From NCBI GenBank assembly GCA_038087875.1, contig CM075990.1, positions 4,776,001-4,840,000 on the forward strand: 64,000 bases of DNA, in the 5' to 3' direction. The translations under genes were made by a program, and so were the position numbers. Under the pieces are notes generated by a model, which ran no database searches, was not told the DNA's origin, and worked only from the letters and a program-made list of their open reading frames with translations. The DNA comes from Malacoraja senta. Its lineage: Eukaryota. Shown piece by piece: positions 62,522 to 64,000 of the stretch (the stretch's first letter is position 1; every line of letters starts with the position of its first letter).

Positions 62522-62675
62522 GTTTAAGAAGGAACTGCAGATGCTGGAAAATTGAAGGTAGACAAAAATGCTGGAGAAACTCAGCGGGTGAAGAAGGGTC
62601 TCGACCTAAAACGTCGCCTATTTCCTTCGCTCCATAGATGCTGCCTCACCCGCTGAGTTTCTCCAGCATTTTTCT
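62522..62675. mobile_element. Penelope-derived inverted pair with 17-bp TSD
   Basis: TSD CTACAACTGAAACTACT at 62505-62521 and 62676-62692. Confidence 0.8.
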
Positions 62676-64000
62676 CTACAACTGAAACTACTATTATGTC
62701 CAAATAATGACGCTGGAGTTTAAACTCCACACACAAAATCCACACATTAAGCTCCATAGATGCTGCTGCACCCGCTGAGTTTGTCCAGCATTTTTGTGTA
62801 CCTTAAACTCCACACAACCCTGTTTCCATCTGAAAACATCTAATCTGCCAGCATATATCTCTAATCTATTTTCTCTCATGTATATTTCTACTGCCCTTTA
62901 AATGTATCTAAAATAATCACCTCAACCAGTCACATGGCAGGAAGGTCCACATTTCTGCGATTTCTTCATGGAATTTGTGACTTTTACATGTATAGATCTG
63001 GGCCCCATGAGGAAAATCAGATTTAAAACCACCTTATTGAACACCTTCATAGTTTTACAATCTGCTAATTGGGTGAACCAACAGTCTTCTCTTCTCCATA
63101 GAAAGAAATCCATCCGTTTTAGGCTTAGGTACAACTAAGTATTACATTCTTGATGTAGTAAAGTAAGTGATAGCAGACAATTTTTCTCATCGACAATTGG
63201 AAATCTTTGTTTGATCTAAATACTGTAAAAACCTCTCAACCTCTCCCCACCCCACCCAAGCATTTAACTGCAAAAATACACAGTTTCTCAACAAAGGGAG
63301 TAGGTGGCATGACACAATCAGTAAATAACACAAGATCCCTTCCAGCTGGAAGGTAAAAGTTTATTTTTAAGACATGCTCAGCAAATTAGTTGGATTTTGC
63401 CCTCATCCACAATCTCCATTAGATTTAGAAGTTAATATTGTACAAAACAATCACTAACAACATGTTTAAATCCTTGTAAATAAAGGAACAGATATCCTTC
63501 ACAATCTGCTCAAGGAGGAAAGCATTTTATTTTATACATTTTAAAATGCAGATGATTCATTAGATTGTGTCTATTCATTATTTTGCATAGCCCAAATAAG
63601 AACCACAATGTGAAAATTCAGCACTAAATGCCAGCATTCTTGTGTACATCATGAATGGTGAAAATCTCATGTATAAACCATGCATCAGAAGGTTTTAGTT
63701 GAGATTTTAGATTAGTGGAACAATAAACCTCCAACATTTAATGTTCCACTCTGTTATCAGGCTAGGATACTGTCCAATTCACCTCTACCCCACTGCAGAC
63801 ATTGGACTTTGTCTCTGGAACTGGTGCGCCACAATGCTGAGAATTATATTCTGCACTCTTTATCTTTCACTTTGCTCTATCTATTGTACTTGAGTTTGGC
63901 TTGACTGCATTTATGTATGGTATAATCTGATTTTATTGGATAGAAGGCAAAACAAAGCTTTTCACTATACCTCAATACATGTAACAATAAACCTAAACCT

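Noticed and set aside
2236..62879. Many short ORFs with motifs such as MLPDLLSYS or WSNSAGQAASLE
   Set aside because: Translations of the non-coding Penelope-derived repeat, not proteins
62922..63134. Possible MSMB last exon, expected upstream of NCOA4 by human synteny
   Set aside because: No frame shows the beta-microseminoprotein Cys pattern or a convincing acceptor

Overview
Eukaryotic, repeat-rich genomic DNA. The SINE/LINE complement (HE1-like V-SINEs, HER1/CR1, Rex1-like, L2, Penelope-derived repeats) points to an elasmobranch such as a skate or ray; this is an inference. Three genes are present. (1) The last exon of a chymotrypsin/elastase-family serine protease (+, 848-1027). (2) A complete 7-exon TIMM23 (+, CDS 6513-30703, 220 aa). 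(3) A complete NCOA4 (-, CpG-island promoter with CRE and TATA near 57500, nine coding exons 53960-35940, 655 aa), tail-to-tail with TIMM23 as in human. Splice sites and phases were checked by hand. The most striking non-genic signal is a family of more than 20 short repeats carrying a minimal type I hammerhead-ribozyme motif (CTGAAGA-A-GGGTC/TC/GACCC-GAAACGTC). They are physically linked to Penelope GIY-YIG endonuclease remnants, often form inverted pairs, and are flanked by 8-18 bp target-site duplications. Other notable features: a 2.3-kb non-autonomous DNA transposon with a 5-bp TSD and a ~200-bp-arm internal palindrome; a near-perfect 137-bp inverted duplication; a stack of retroelements abutting the TIMM23 promoter; and NCOA4 changes (a triplicated AWxxxQGL(D/E)HWL motif, and diverged ferritin-binding and Cys-cluster segments). 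Comparisons to human proteins and repeat consensus sequences are from memory and need database confirmation.
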